A stretch of DNA of 64,000 nucleotides, from contig CAZTCH010000003.1 of the NCBI GenBank assembly GCA_964612745.1, positions 61,931-125,930 of the forward strand, read 5' to 3'. The stretch's first letter is position 1. Every line of letters starts with the position of its first letter. The translations under genes and the position numbers were made by a program. The stretch is from an uncultured Candidatus Saccharibacteria bacterium. Its GTDB lineage: Bacteria; Patescibacteriota; Doudnabacteria; UBA920. This document shows positions 8,669 through 19,715 of this stretch, piece after piece. The notes below the pieces were generated by a model that saw only the letters and a program-made list of their open reading frames with translations, searched no databases and was not told the DNA's origin.

Positions 8669-9517
8669 ATGGAAATTTTTATTGCTCCGAGTGTAATTTT
8701 TAGTATATACGGTGTTTCTATAACCAATACAATGCTTGCGGTGTGTGGGATGACACTTGCGATTATAATCTTCTCTTTTGGGATTCGAAGGGGTTTTGGT
8801 TTAGTGCCGACGCGTTTGCAGTTAGTGTTTGAATTTGCAGCTTCGTTTGTGTTGGACCAACTCGCTTTGGCGTTTCAGTCTAAAGAAAAAGCGCGAATGT
8901 TTTTCCCATTATTTATGACATTGCTTGTCTTTATTTTGCTGGCGAACCAACTGACTATTTTGCCACTCATTGGGCAATTGGTGTACGAAGACAAAGCTTT
9001 GTTTCGAACGCCCACATCGGATATCTCCCTGACACTCGCACTTGGTTTGGTTACTGTGCTTTCTGCGCATATTATGGCATTGGGTTTGTCCCCAATCCGG
9101 CATCTTGGTAATTTTGTTAAAATTGGTCCACTGCTGAAGTCTCGCAGCATGGCAGATGTTGGTAATGCGTTGCTCGAGGTATTTTTGGGTTTTTTGGATT
9201 TAATAGGGGAGTTTGCTAAGGTAATGTCCTTGTCTTTCAGGTTATTTGGGAACATCTTAGCTGGTGAACTTATTATTTTAATTATCGGTGGTTTGGCAGT
9301 ATTTACTTCGGTGCTGGTTCCAGTGCCGTTCATCGTGCTCAGTATTTTTTCTGGATTGGTACAGGCAGTTGTTTTTACAATGCTCTCTATCCAATTTGTA
9401 GGGGGAACGTTGAATGCCGTATACAGACCGGAGGATGATAGAGCGACGGAATCGGTGCAAGATGGGTATTCTCCTCCCTCGGAGTTGCAACCCGTTCATA
9501 GTTCGCAAATTAATTAA
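8669..9517 (+). CDS. atpB: F0F1 ATP synthase subunit a.
   Basis: Multi-TM protein with the conserved LSFRLFGNILAGE motif around the essential Arg. First in the atp gene order. Start chosen at MEIFIAPS (8669) rather than the overlapping upstream ATG at 8600. Confidence 0.85.
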   Translation: MEIFIAPSVIFSIYGVSITNTMLAVCGMTLAIIIFSFGIRRGFGLVPTRLQLVFEFAASFVLDQLALAFQSKEKARMFFPLFMTLLVFILLANQLTILPLIGQLVYEDKALFRTPTSDISLTLALGLVTVLSAHIMALGLSPIRHLGNFVKIGPLLKSRSMADVGNALLEVFLGFLDLIGEFAKVMSLSFRLFGNILAGELIILIIGGLAVFTSVLVPVPFIVLSIFSGLVQAVVFTMLSIQFVGGTLNAVYRPEDDRATESVQDGYSPPSELQPVHSSQIN

Positions 9518-9521
9518 GTAA

Positions 9522-9776
9522 ATGAGTAAAAATTATATGACAGAGATAACAGATGTAGCTTTTAAAGCATTGGCAGCAGGTATTTGTATGGGTATTGGTT
9601 CAGTTGGCCCTGCAGTGGGAGAAGCGTGGGTAGCCTCTCGCGCTATGGATGCTATTGGTAGAAATCCTTCGACAGCCGAAGTTATAACGCCACGCATGAT
9701 TGTCGCAATGGCTATTTGCGAGTCTACTGGTATTTATGCGCTTGTCATTTCTCTTATAATTCTGTTCGTACTGTAA
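9522..9776 (+). CDS. atpE: ATP synthase subunit c.
   Basis: 84 aa, two TM helices, GxGxGxG-like packing, and the conserved carboxylate in MAICESTGIYALV. Confidence 0.9.
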   Translation: MSKNYMTEITDVAFKALAAGICMGIGSVGPAVGEAWVASRAMDAIGRNPSTAEVITPRMIVAMAICESTGIYALVISLIILFVL

Positions 9777-9780
9777 TTTC

Positions 9781-10275
9781 ATGGGCGGTCTTTCAAAAAT
9801 TGGTTTAGACTTCAAAAGTGTACTGTTTTATTTAGTGAATTTTGGGATTATCCTTTGGGTATTTACTCGGTTTTTGTATCGTCCATTGCTTGCGTTTATA
9901 GATGAACGAAGAGCACTCATAGCTCGTAGCTTGCATGAAGCGGAGCAGTTGCGACAAGATGTTCGCGCAGCGGAAATGAGTCGAGACAAAGAAAAGTCAG
10001 AGCAGGCAGAGCGGATTCGCTCTGAGCTTGCAGATCTAAAAGCGAATGGGGAAAAGCAGGTGCAACAAATAATTGCGGAAGCACAAGTAGAACGAGCTCG
10101 AATAGTCGAGCAGGCACGGGCTCAGGTGGAGACGTTGCAGGCAACCCTTGAGAAGCAAGCAGAGGATGAATTAGTTACTCGAATTAGTGCGGTAGTAGAG
10201 GCTGCGGTGCGTAAAGAAATGAATGGGGAGCAAGCAGCGGTAATTATTAAGAAAATGTGGCGCGAGCAAAGATAG
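9781..10275 (+). CDS. atpF: ATP synthase subunit b.
   Basis: 164 aa with an N-terminal TM helix and a long charged coiled-coil (ERRALIARSLHEAEQLRQD…). Confidence 0.8.
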   Translation: MGGLSKIGLDFKSVLFYLVNFGIILWVFTRFLYRPLLAFIDERRALIARSLHEAEQLRQDVRAAEMSRDKEKSEQAERIRSELADLKANGEKQVQQIIAEAQVERARIVEQARAQVETLQATLEKQAEDELVTRISAVVEAAVRKEMNGEQAAVIIKKMWREQR

Positions 10276-10296
10276 CTCTTCGCAAAATCTAAAAGT

Positions 10297-11805
10297 ATGC
10301 AACAGAAAAAAGTGGCACGAGTTACGCAGGTATTGCAGAAATCAGAAAAAGCAATCAAAGAGTACACTGCAGCGCCGGCACATGAGCGTGGCGAGATTGC
10401 ATGGGTCAGAGATGGGGTGCTTTTAATTACTGGGCTCTCTGGTGTGGCAATGGGGGAGTTGTTGGTTGTAGAGGAGTCTGAATTGTCGGTGTTGGTAATG
10501 CAGGTTGAGAATACGAGCGCATATGCAACTGCATTAGGGGATAGCGAGATGGTTCGACCTGGGCAAGCTGTGCGTAGGACTAAAATGACTGCTCATATTG
10601 CCGTTTCAGACAAACTTATCGGCCGTGTTGTTGACCCGCTCGGTGCTGGTCGTGATGGGCTTGGTTCACTTTCTGGCGGCACAGCAATGCCACTTGAAGC
10701 GCTTGCGCCGAGTGTTATGGATAGGCAGCCAGTCACTGTTCCACTCCAGACAGGTGTCACAGCTATTGACGCGCTCATCCCAATTGGAAGAGGGCAGCGT
10801 GAGTTGCTTATCGGAGATCGTCAAACTGGCAAAACAACGATTGCGCTTGATACGATATTAAACCAGAAAGACTCTGGTGTGATTTGTGTGTATGTGTCAA
10901 TTGGGCAGCGTGATGGTAAGACTGCGCAAGTAATTCAAACACTCATGGAGCGAGGGGCGATGGCATATACTGTGGTGGTTACTGCGTCTGCTTCTGATCC
11001 AGCGGCGTTGCAATACTTAGCTCCGTACGCAGGTGCTGCAGTGGCAGAGTTTTTTATGGCGCAAGGAAAAGATGCACTTGTGGTGTACGATGATCTGACA
11101 AAGCATGCAGTGGCGTACCGTGAGTTGTCCTTGCTGTTGCGCAAACCACCTGGTCGTGAAGCTTACCCTGGTGATGTGTTTTATATTCATGCTCGGTTGC
11201 TCGAGCGTGCTGCGAGGTTGTCTCCAGAATTGGGTGGTGGTTCTATGACTGCACTTCCGATTATTGAAACACAAGCAGCAGATGTCTCTGCATATATTCC
11301 GACAAATGTTATTTCTATTACCGATGGACAGATATTTTTAGAGCCCAAACTATTTCATAAGGGGATTAGGCCAGCAATTAATACGGGTGTTTCGGTCTCG
11401 CGTGTTGGTGGTGCTGCGCAAAGAAAGGCCATGAAGAAAGTGGCGGGGCAGGCAAAGTTGTATTTAGCGCAGTACACTGAACTTGCTGCATTTGCACAAT
11501 TTGCATCTGAACTTGATGATGCGTCTAAACAACAGCTTGTTCGGGGTGAGCGCTTGGTAGAAATACTAAAGCAAAGTCCGCACATGCCTCGGGCTTTGTG
11601 GCAGCAGGTCGTGCTTTTGTGGGTAGCTATGCATGGATATTTCGATGCGTTCGCGGTAGATGGGGTGGGTGCGCGGGTCGAGTCTCTGCTCGGGCACGTG
11701 CAAACAAATTTGCCTGAGTTTATTGAAGAGGTGGAAAACTCTGGAGAGCTTTCTCCTGCAATAGAGCAGAAGCTCGAAGCATTAGTTCAGTCCGTAGTAG
11801 CATAA
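10297..11805 (+). CDS. atpA: ATP synthase subunit alpha.
   Basis: 502 aa with Walker A GDRQTGKTTIA and the typical alpha sequence. It directly follows atpF with no atpH between. Confidence 0.95.
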   Translation: MQQKKVARVTQVLQKSEKAIKEYTAAPAHERGEIAWVRDGVLLITGLSGVAMGELLVVEESELSVLVMQVENTSAYATALGDSEMVRPGQAVRRTKMTAHIAVSDKLIGRVVDPLGAGRDGLGSLSGGTAMPLEALAPSVMDRQPVTVPLQTGVTAIDALIPIGRGQRELLIGDRQTGKTTIALDTILNQKDSGVICVYVSIGQRDGKTAQVIQTLMERGAMAYTVVVTASASDPAALQYLAPYAGAAVAEFFMAQGKDALVVYDDLTKHAVAYRELSLLLRKPPGREAYPGDVFYIHARLLERAARLSPELGGGSMTALPIIETQAADVSAYIPTNVISITDGQIFLEPKLFHKGIRPAINTGVSVSRVGGAAQRKAMKKVAGQAKLYLAQYTELAAFAQFASELDDASKQQLVRGERLVEILKQSPHMPRALWQQVVLLWVAMHGYFDAFAVDGVGARVESLLGHVQTNLPEFIEEVENSGELSPAIEQKLEALVQSVVA

Positions 11806-11811
11806 AATATC

Positions 11812-14547
<2,736 letters not shown>

Positions 14548-14612
14548 ACAAATTGGTGTAATACCAAAGGAGTGTCGGTACTTTGCAGTATGTAACTGTG
14601 TAATACAAAATC

Positions 14613-15008
14613 ATGCAGGTGAAAACAAAATTATCTCTTATTGCTTTGCTTGTGTTGGCGTGTGTTATTTCTGTGGTTGCATACTCTCACGTCAGTGTTC
14701 GACGTGCTCCAGTAACAGCGAGTGCTGACACTGCTCAAGGCGTGAGTGTTGGTTCGCCCTTGAAAGATGTGTCGGCGCGAGGTGTTTTTATATACGCCAA
14801 TAACGAAGCACTGTTCTACCCGCTAGAAGTGTTGCGTGGGGAAGTACTAGACGGTGAATTGCAAGGGGTTGCATTTCGTATTGACCCTACCGCCCCAGAA
14901 GCAAATATGGTTTCGTTTACCGGTAGCCAAAAGTTGCCGTATGAACTACTACCGTACTCGGAAGCGGTATTTCAGTTTCCGGAAGTACGTGTATACGAGG
15001 TGCAATAA
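14613..15008 (+). CDS. Hypothetical secreted or membrane-anchored protein.
   Basis: 131 aa with N-terminal signal or anchor (KLSLIALLVLACVISVVAYS). No recognised domain. Confidence 0.4.
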   Translation: MQVKTKLSLIALLVLACVISVVAYSHVSVRRAPVTASADTAQGVSVGSPLKDVSARGVFIYANNEALFYPLEVLRGEVLDGELQGVAFRIDPTAPEANMVSFTGSQKLPYELLPYSEAVFQFPEVRVYEVQ

Positions 15009-15194
15009 AGCAATCACCATACGCGGCGCGTTTGAATATGTTTACCAAATAAAAAAGGCGCCATTGCTGACGCGAGAGGGTTATCGTTTTGATTTTGGCT
15101 CTGAATTGGCTGAGACCATAGCGGTAATGTTGTGCCTTTCAGCTTGGTCAGGTCCAAGAGACTCAGTAACAGAAGACTGTTGATGTTGAGTGCC

Positions 15195-15340
15195 GTGGAG
15201 GGCCATTTGGATGCGTTGTCGCCGCGTGGGCTGTGCGCTACTAGCTTGCTGTGTTATTACCTTTGGTTTCTTTTTCTTCTTCTTTTTCTTCTCCTTCACT
15301 GTTTCCTCCTTTGTAGTCGTTGTTTCTAAGACTGATTTTA
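15195..15340. repeat. Polypyrimidine (CT-rich) low-complexity tract.
   Basis: tttctttttcttcttctttttcttctccttc… on the plus strand. It produces a poly-Lys antisense ORF artefact. Confidence 0.5.
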
Positions 15341-15413
15341 GCGTAAGCGGCACATGGTACGCAAGTCGCACGGCAGTTTTTCTGAAATGGCACACAGTGG
15401 TATACTATGGAGT

Positions 15414-16436
15414 ATGAATCCACTTATATACGCACTATTTGCAGTACTCGGTTTGGGGATTGTTGTCCTCTTGTTTATGTTATTTGGGCTCAAAAAGAAG
15501 CTCGAAACTCCACAGGAGAGTGAAAGCTTACGGGTCATGGCAGATTGGATGCGTCAAATGAAAAATGACACAGAAGCTTCCCGTCACGCCATGGACAGAA
15601 ACATTGCCGAAACAAACAAACAAATCAATGAACGCTTAGATAACGCAGCAAAGGTGATTGGCGATTTGCGCCAACGCTTGGGCACAGTCGACCAAATTGG
15701 TCCTGACATTCGCAGGCTTGCAGAAACACTTGCAAGCCCAAAGCTTCGTGGAAACTTTGGAGAAGAAATGCTCGAGCGTATGCTGGAGCAAGTGCTACCA
15801 AAGTCTAGTTTCCAAGTGCAGTATAAATTTAAAAATGGTGAGACCGTCGACGCGATTGTTCGGTTTGGTGACAATATTTTGCCAATCGACAGTAAATTTT
15901 CCATGGAAAATTTTCGGCTACACAAAGAAGCGCAAGACGAAAAGCTCAGTGCAGATTACAAAAAACTTTTTTATAAAGACGTTAAAAAGCGCATAGACGA
16001 AATACACAAAAAATATGTACTCCCGCAAGAGGGGACGTTTGATTTCGCACTTATGTATGTGCCAAGCGCGGGGGTCTACCAAGAGATTATTGTAGACAGC
16101 GATATTATTGAATACGCTCGGGGCAAGGCAGTCATACCAGTTGGGCCAAACGATTTGTTTATATACCTACGAAACATAATTGTCTCGCTTCGTGGACAGC
16201 AAGTAAACGAAGTGGCAAAAGAAATTTTGGCAATGATTACCGGTATCCGCCAAGAAAGCGACAAGTTTGGTAAAAACTTGGATGTACTCGCAACACACGT
16301 AAAAAATGTGAACAATACCATGGGTGTGGTGAGTAATGACTTCACGAAGCTTAAAACCAGCATAGGAAACGCAGCAAGCTTGCAGCTCGATGCAAAAGCA
16401 GAACCCGTGCCCCAATTATTGGACACTGACAGGTAA
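15414..16436 (+). CDS. rmuC: DNA recombination protein RmuC.
   Basis: N-terminal TM helix (MNPLIYALFAVLGLGIVVLL), long coiled-coil, then the conserved RmuC core (LRGNFGEEMLERMLEQVLP…DAIVRFGDNILPIDSKF). The ORF track start at 15354 is probably too far upstream. Confidence 0.75.
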   Translation: MNPLIYALFAVLGLGIVVLLFMLFGLKKKLETPQESESLRVMADWMRQMKNDTEASRHAMDRNIAETNKQINERLDNAAKVIGDLRQRLGTVDQIGPDIRRLAETLASPKLRGNFGEEMLERMLEQVLPKSSFQVQYKFKNGETVDAIVRFGDNILPIDSKFSMENFRLHKEAQDEKLSADYKKLFYKDVKKRIDEIHKKYVLPQEGTFDFALMYVPSAGVYQEIIVDSDIIEYARGKAVIPVGPNDLFIYLRNIIVSLRGQQVNEVAKEILAMITGIRQESDKFGKNLDVLATHVKNVNNTMGVVSNDFTKLKTSIGNAASLQLDAKAEPVPQLLDTDR

Positions 16437-16513
16437 CTGTATTTCAATTGAGTTCTTCATCTCATCTCAGAAGAAACTATGAACGTATATAAGTCTTATA
16501 ATCAAAATAACTG

Positions 16514-17950
16514 ATGAAATATAAATTGTTCTTATTTCCAATTTTGTTTGCAGTAGTGGCAGGCGTATTGGCAACTAGTTATAGTGAAGAGGCTGATATT
16601 CTTTTTAGTATCCCTGCATTTTTTGTTTCAACAATTGCACTCGTTGTATATGTAGCCACACTCTCCCGGATGCATTATATTGCGGGGCAAGTGCTGACCT
16701 CATTGGTCGTAAAGCGTATAGTGTCATTTTTTAGCGCCGCAGCTTTTATTGTCTCTGCGGTTGTTGGGTCGGTATACACATTCGGTGCTATGGTGTCGAC
16801 TCTCATGCTCTACATCGCCATTGCTGGGCTGGTGTTGTCTACAGCGTTGGTGTGGAATCCTGCCTTGAAACTGCGAAATCACTGGCTTGCAGTCACACTT
16901 CTGTTTATAACTGTTATCGCATTGGGTGTAGCAGGGGTACATGAAGCTCAAAAATTTGATGAACAGCGAGATGTACTGTACGGTAATACAGAAGGGTTTA
17001 AAATAGCTACGGACTGCGACATATTTACTTATTCAGGGCTAAAAGCTGAATGCTTGAGGTCTTATGCAGAAAATACTAATGGGGGAGTTGCTGTATGTCC
17101 TCCGAAAATTGATGCGACTAGCTTACAATGTTATGCAGTTAAGGCTAGTCGAGAGCAAAATTATAAAATATGTGAAAATGATGATTTTCTAAAATACTAT
17201 AAAAAATATCCGTATGAGGGGTGGATGGAAAGTGGTAATGGCGAAATCGACGGGCAAGACGGAGCACTGCGCTGCAAAATAGAGCTTGTAACTGCTTCGG
17301 TTGGAGAGGTCGACAAGGAGTATTATGAAAACTTACCTCGACGTTTAGTTGTCGACATTTTAAAACCGCAAATTAGTTCGTCTTGTAAGTTCGTAACCCC
17401 TAACGATTTGTGTGAGCGTGCTGTTGCTTCCAGATTGAGCAGTAAGTTTAACTTAAATGAATCATTTGCACTAGCTGAGCTTGGTGAAACAAAGTCTTTA
17501 TTTGAGTGGATGGTTCGTTACTCAAGTACGCTGCGTAATCGGAGTGATCTAAAAAATTTCTTTGAGCGACAGTTACAGTTGGGTAGCGCTAGCAGCGAAA
17601 GCACTGTTGCGTTATACAGCAAATATCGCAATTCTTTTTTTGAAATTTTTAATGCTGGTAGTCGAGGTGTCGATCAAGTTAATTTTGTAGTAACTGATTC
17701 AGACAATTCCAACGTTGTAGATTTTGTACTCCAGGTTGGTTATGCAATAGGTTCGGGAGCAGAGAAGGTTGCTGAAATTCCAGTTATTTCAGATGGACAA
17801 GTTCCGTACGTGGCTCAAGTTTACAAATACCGAACTAACCCGAATTATTATAAAGTCCTTTATAAGTTTACTGACGGTGATAAATATTTATTTTTAACTT
17901 CTGAAAATGTGGGGCTTGGGTATGAAATTGCCCAATCTGTAACAAAGTAA
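16514..17950 (+). CDS. Hypothetical polytopic membrane protein: ~5 N-terminal TM helices plus a ~330-aa Cys-containing C-terminal domain.
   Basis: Hydrophobic helices in the first ~150 aa, then a soluble domain with more than 8 Cys. The stop is 4 nt before the NYN gene. Confidence 0.45.
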   Translation: MKYKLFLFPILFAVVAGVLATSYSEEADILFSIPAFFVSTIALVVYVATLSRMHYIAGQVLTSLVVKRIVSFFSAAAFIVSAVVGSVYTFGAMVSTLMLYIAIAGLVLSTALVWNPALKLRNHWLAVTLLFITVIALGVAGVHEAQKFDEQRDVLYGNTEGFKIATDCDIFTYSGLKAECLRSYAENTNGGVAVCPPKIDATSLQCYAVKASREQNYKICENDDFLKYYKKYPYEGWMESGNGEIDGQDGALRCKIELVTASVGEVDKEYYENLPRRLVVDILKPQISSSCKFVTPNDLCERAVASRLSSKFNLNESFALAELGETKSLFEWMVRYSSTLRNRSDLKNFFERQLQLGSASSESTVALYSKYRNSFFEIFNAGSRGVDQVNFVVTDSDNSNVVDFVLQVGYAIGSGAEKVAEIPVISDGQVPYVAQVYKYRTNPNYYKVLYKFTDGDKYLFLTSENVGLGYEIAQSVTK

Positions 17951-17954
17951 TTTT

Positions 17955-18545
17955 ATGTCAATAAGAAATCCGGATCAGCGTGTTGGTGTGTTTGTGGATG
18001 TGCAGAACTTGTACTACTCTGCACGGCACATTTACAACAGTCGAGTAAATTTTACAGAAATTTTAAAAGAAGCCGTGGGTAACCGCAGGCTCATTCGCGC
18101 AATTGCCTATGTCGTGCAGGCAGACATGCCCGAAGAAAATACTTTTTTTGAGGCTCTGGCAAAAGCAGGATTCGAAGTGAAGAAAAAAGAATTGCAAACA
18201 TTCGCCTCTGGGCACCAAAAAGGGGACTGGGATGTGGGTATTGCCATGGACATTGTAAAGCTCATGCCAAAGCTTGATGTAGTAGTGTTGTGCTGTGGCG
18301 ATGGCGACTTTGTCCCGCTTTTGGAATATCTCCAAATGTCTGGTCAGTTAACCGAAACTATTTCTTTTGGGAAGTCTACCAGCGCAAAGATTAAAGAACT
18401 TACAGACCATTTTGTAGATTTGGATGCAGACCCAAAGCGCTTTTTGATTCCTACTCGTTCTGCTACCCCTGCGGGTAAGCGTGGAAAACCTTCTGCTGCA
18501 GCTACTGCCGCAGAGAAAAAGTCTCGCAGTATTTTTGATTACTAA
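17955..18545 (+). CDS. NYN-domain (LabA-like, PIN-related) putative ribonuclease.
   Basis: Conserved acidic residues in VGVFVDVQNLYY…IAYV…VVLCCGDGDF, the pattern of NYN/LabA nucleases. Confidence 0.7.
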   Translation: MSIRNPDQRVGVFVDVQNLYYSARHIYNSRVNFTEILKEAVGNRRLIRAIAYVVQADMPEENTFFEALAKAGFEVKKKELQTFASGHQKGDWDVGIAMDIVKLMPKLDVVVLCCGDGDFVPLLEYLQMSGQLTETISFGKSTSAKIKELTDHFVDLDADPKRFLIPTRSATPAGKRGKPSAAATAAEKKSRSIFDY

Positions 18546-18655
18546 TTGTCCACGGATACACGGATTACACAGATAGCACGGATATCTGAGGATAGGTTAT
18601 GCAGTGCTTGTTGGTTTGTTTATATGGTTCAATGTTTAATTGTTTATATGATTTT

Positions 18656-19099
18656 ATGAAGGTTGTACTAGATACCAATGTCCTAATCGATGGATTCAAG
18701 GACGAATACAGTTACGAAAAGCGAATTATAAACGAAGTTATTGCGGGGAATATTGAGGCGTACGCTAATAGGCAAACAGTGCAGGAGAACAAATTAATTT
18801 TGCATCAACTCCTGCAAGGGACAGATTACGAACAAGAACTGAACGACTTCTTTGCGCAAGTGACTTTTGTGGTGAATCGACGGCGGATTCATGTAGTGCC
18901 AGACGAAGAAGATAACAAGATTCTTGAAAGCGCAGTCGAAGCTGGCGCGGAGTATTTGGTTACCAGCGATCGTGATTTGCTGGGATTGGGTGACTATGGC
19001 GAGATCAAAATTTTAAAAGCAATAGATTTTTGGGCACGCTATAAAGACGAAGACCAAAACACTTGGAACGAATGGGCAAGCTTTTTGACTGGGAAGTAA
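18656..19099 (+). CDS. PIN-domain protein (VapC-like putative nuclease).
   Basis: MKVVLDTNVLID N-terminus and later acidic residues (VTSDRDL). Start moved to the ATG at 18656. Confidence 0.7.
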   Translation: MKVVLDTNVLIDGFKDEYSYEKRIINEVIAGNIEAYANRQTVQENKLILHQLLQGTDYEQELNDFFAQVTFVVNRRRIHVVPDEEDNKILESAVEAGAEYLVTSDRDLLGLGDYGEIKILKAIDFWARYKDEDQNTWNEWASFLTGK

Positions 19100-19107
19100 T
19101 TTCGGTT

Positions 19108-19190
19108 CTCCTCCTTTCTAAGGAGGAGTTAGAGGAGGTGGGGCACTTTTAGTTCTGCACCTCACCTAGCCTCTCCTTAGAAAGGAGAGG
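19108..19190. repeat. Two short palindromic hairpins, CTCCTCCTT-TCT-AAGGAGGAG and CCTCTCCTT-AGA-AAGGAGAGG.
   Basis: Perfect 9-bp stems seen directly in the sequence. They belong to the same family as the hairpins at 19575-19702. Confidence 0.7.
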
Positions 19191-19205
19191 GATAAGACAA
19201 ACGTT

Positions 19206-19562
19206 ATGTCTATAATCGTAAACCGTCCTGAACTCAGAACTTTGCGAAAAAATCTTCGCAAAAACATGACGCAGCCAGAACAAAAGCTATGGTATTATTT
19301 GCGAGATAATAACTTAAACGGTTTTAAATTTCGTAGACAATATAGCTTTCTAAATTACATCGTAGACTTTTATTGTGTTCAGGCTAAGCTTGCTATTGAG
19401 ATCGACGGGGATTCACATTACAACACCAGAGCGCAGACATATGACTTGGTGCGCACTGAAAGTTTGCGTAAAGCTGGAATTACAGTTCTTCGATTTACTA
19501 ATGATGATGTGATGCGTAATATAGAAGGTGTGCTCGAGAAGATTCGAAGTTTGTTACAATAA
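19206..19562 (+). CDS. DUF559-family (Vsr-like / restriction-endonuclease-fold) endonuclease-domain protein.
   Basis: 118 aa with the characteristic PEQKLWYYLR…FKFRRQ…VDFYC…LAIEIDGDSH…VLRFTNDDV pattern. Confidence 0.8.
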   Translation: MSIIVNRPELRTLRKNLRKNMTQPEQKLWYYLRDNNLNGFKFRRQYSFLNYIVDFYCVQAKLAIEIDGDSHYNTRAQTYDLVRTESLRKAGITVLRFTNDDVMRNIEGVLEKIRSLLQ

Positions 19563-19574
19563 TCACAACCTCTC

Positions 19575-19702
19575 CCTAACCCTCTCCTTTCTTGGAGAGG
19601 GGACAGGAAAATGCTACCCCTCCTCTTCGAGAGCCTGAGGGCTCCTCAGAGCCTCGAACGGCTAACCTCTCCTGTCCCAGGAGAGGAACCCAGAGGCGCT
19701 GT
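19575..19702. repeat. Three more palindromic hairpins of the CCTCTCC…GGAGAGG family.
   Basis: CCCTCTCC-TTTCTT-GGAGAGGG, then CTGAGG-GCT-CCTCAG, then CCTCTCCTG-TCC-CAGGAGAGG. Confidence 0.65.
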
Positions 19703-19715
19703 AGAAACAGAACCT

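Noticed and set aside
15146-15155. GGTCAGGTCC decamer identical to the 5' strand of SRP RNA domain IV, in the 350-bp spacer before rmuC.
   Set aside because: The partner strand with the GNRA tetraloop and the AGCAGC-type 3' strand of helix 8 is not present, and I could not fold a convincing long hairpin around it. A cmsearch with RF00169 would settle this.
15081-15395. Minus-strand ORF encoding a KEKKKKKKKKPK poly-lysine protein.
   Set aside because: An artefact of reading the CT-rich low-complexity tract (15195-15340) in the antisense frame. No start context.
19611-19715. Upstream in-frame ATG giving a 1058-aa helicase.
   Set aside because: The first 35 codons lie entirely within three palindromic hairpin repeats and encode low-complexity sequence. 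The ATG at 19716 (MADLLENLNAEQLQAV) matches UvrD-family N-termini.
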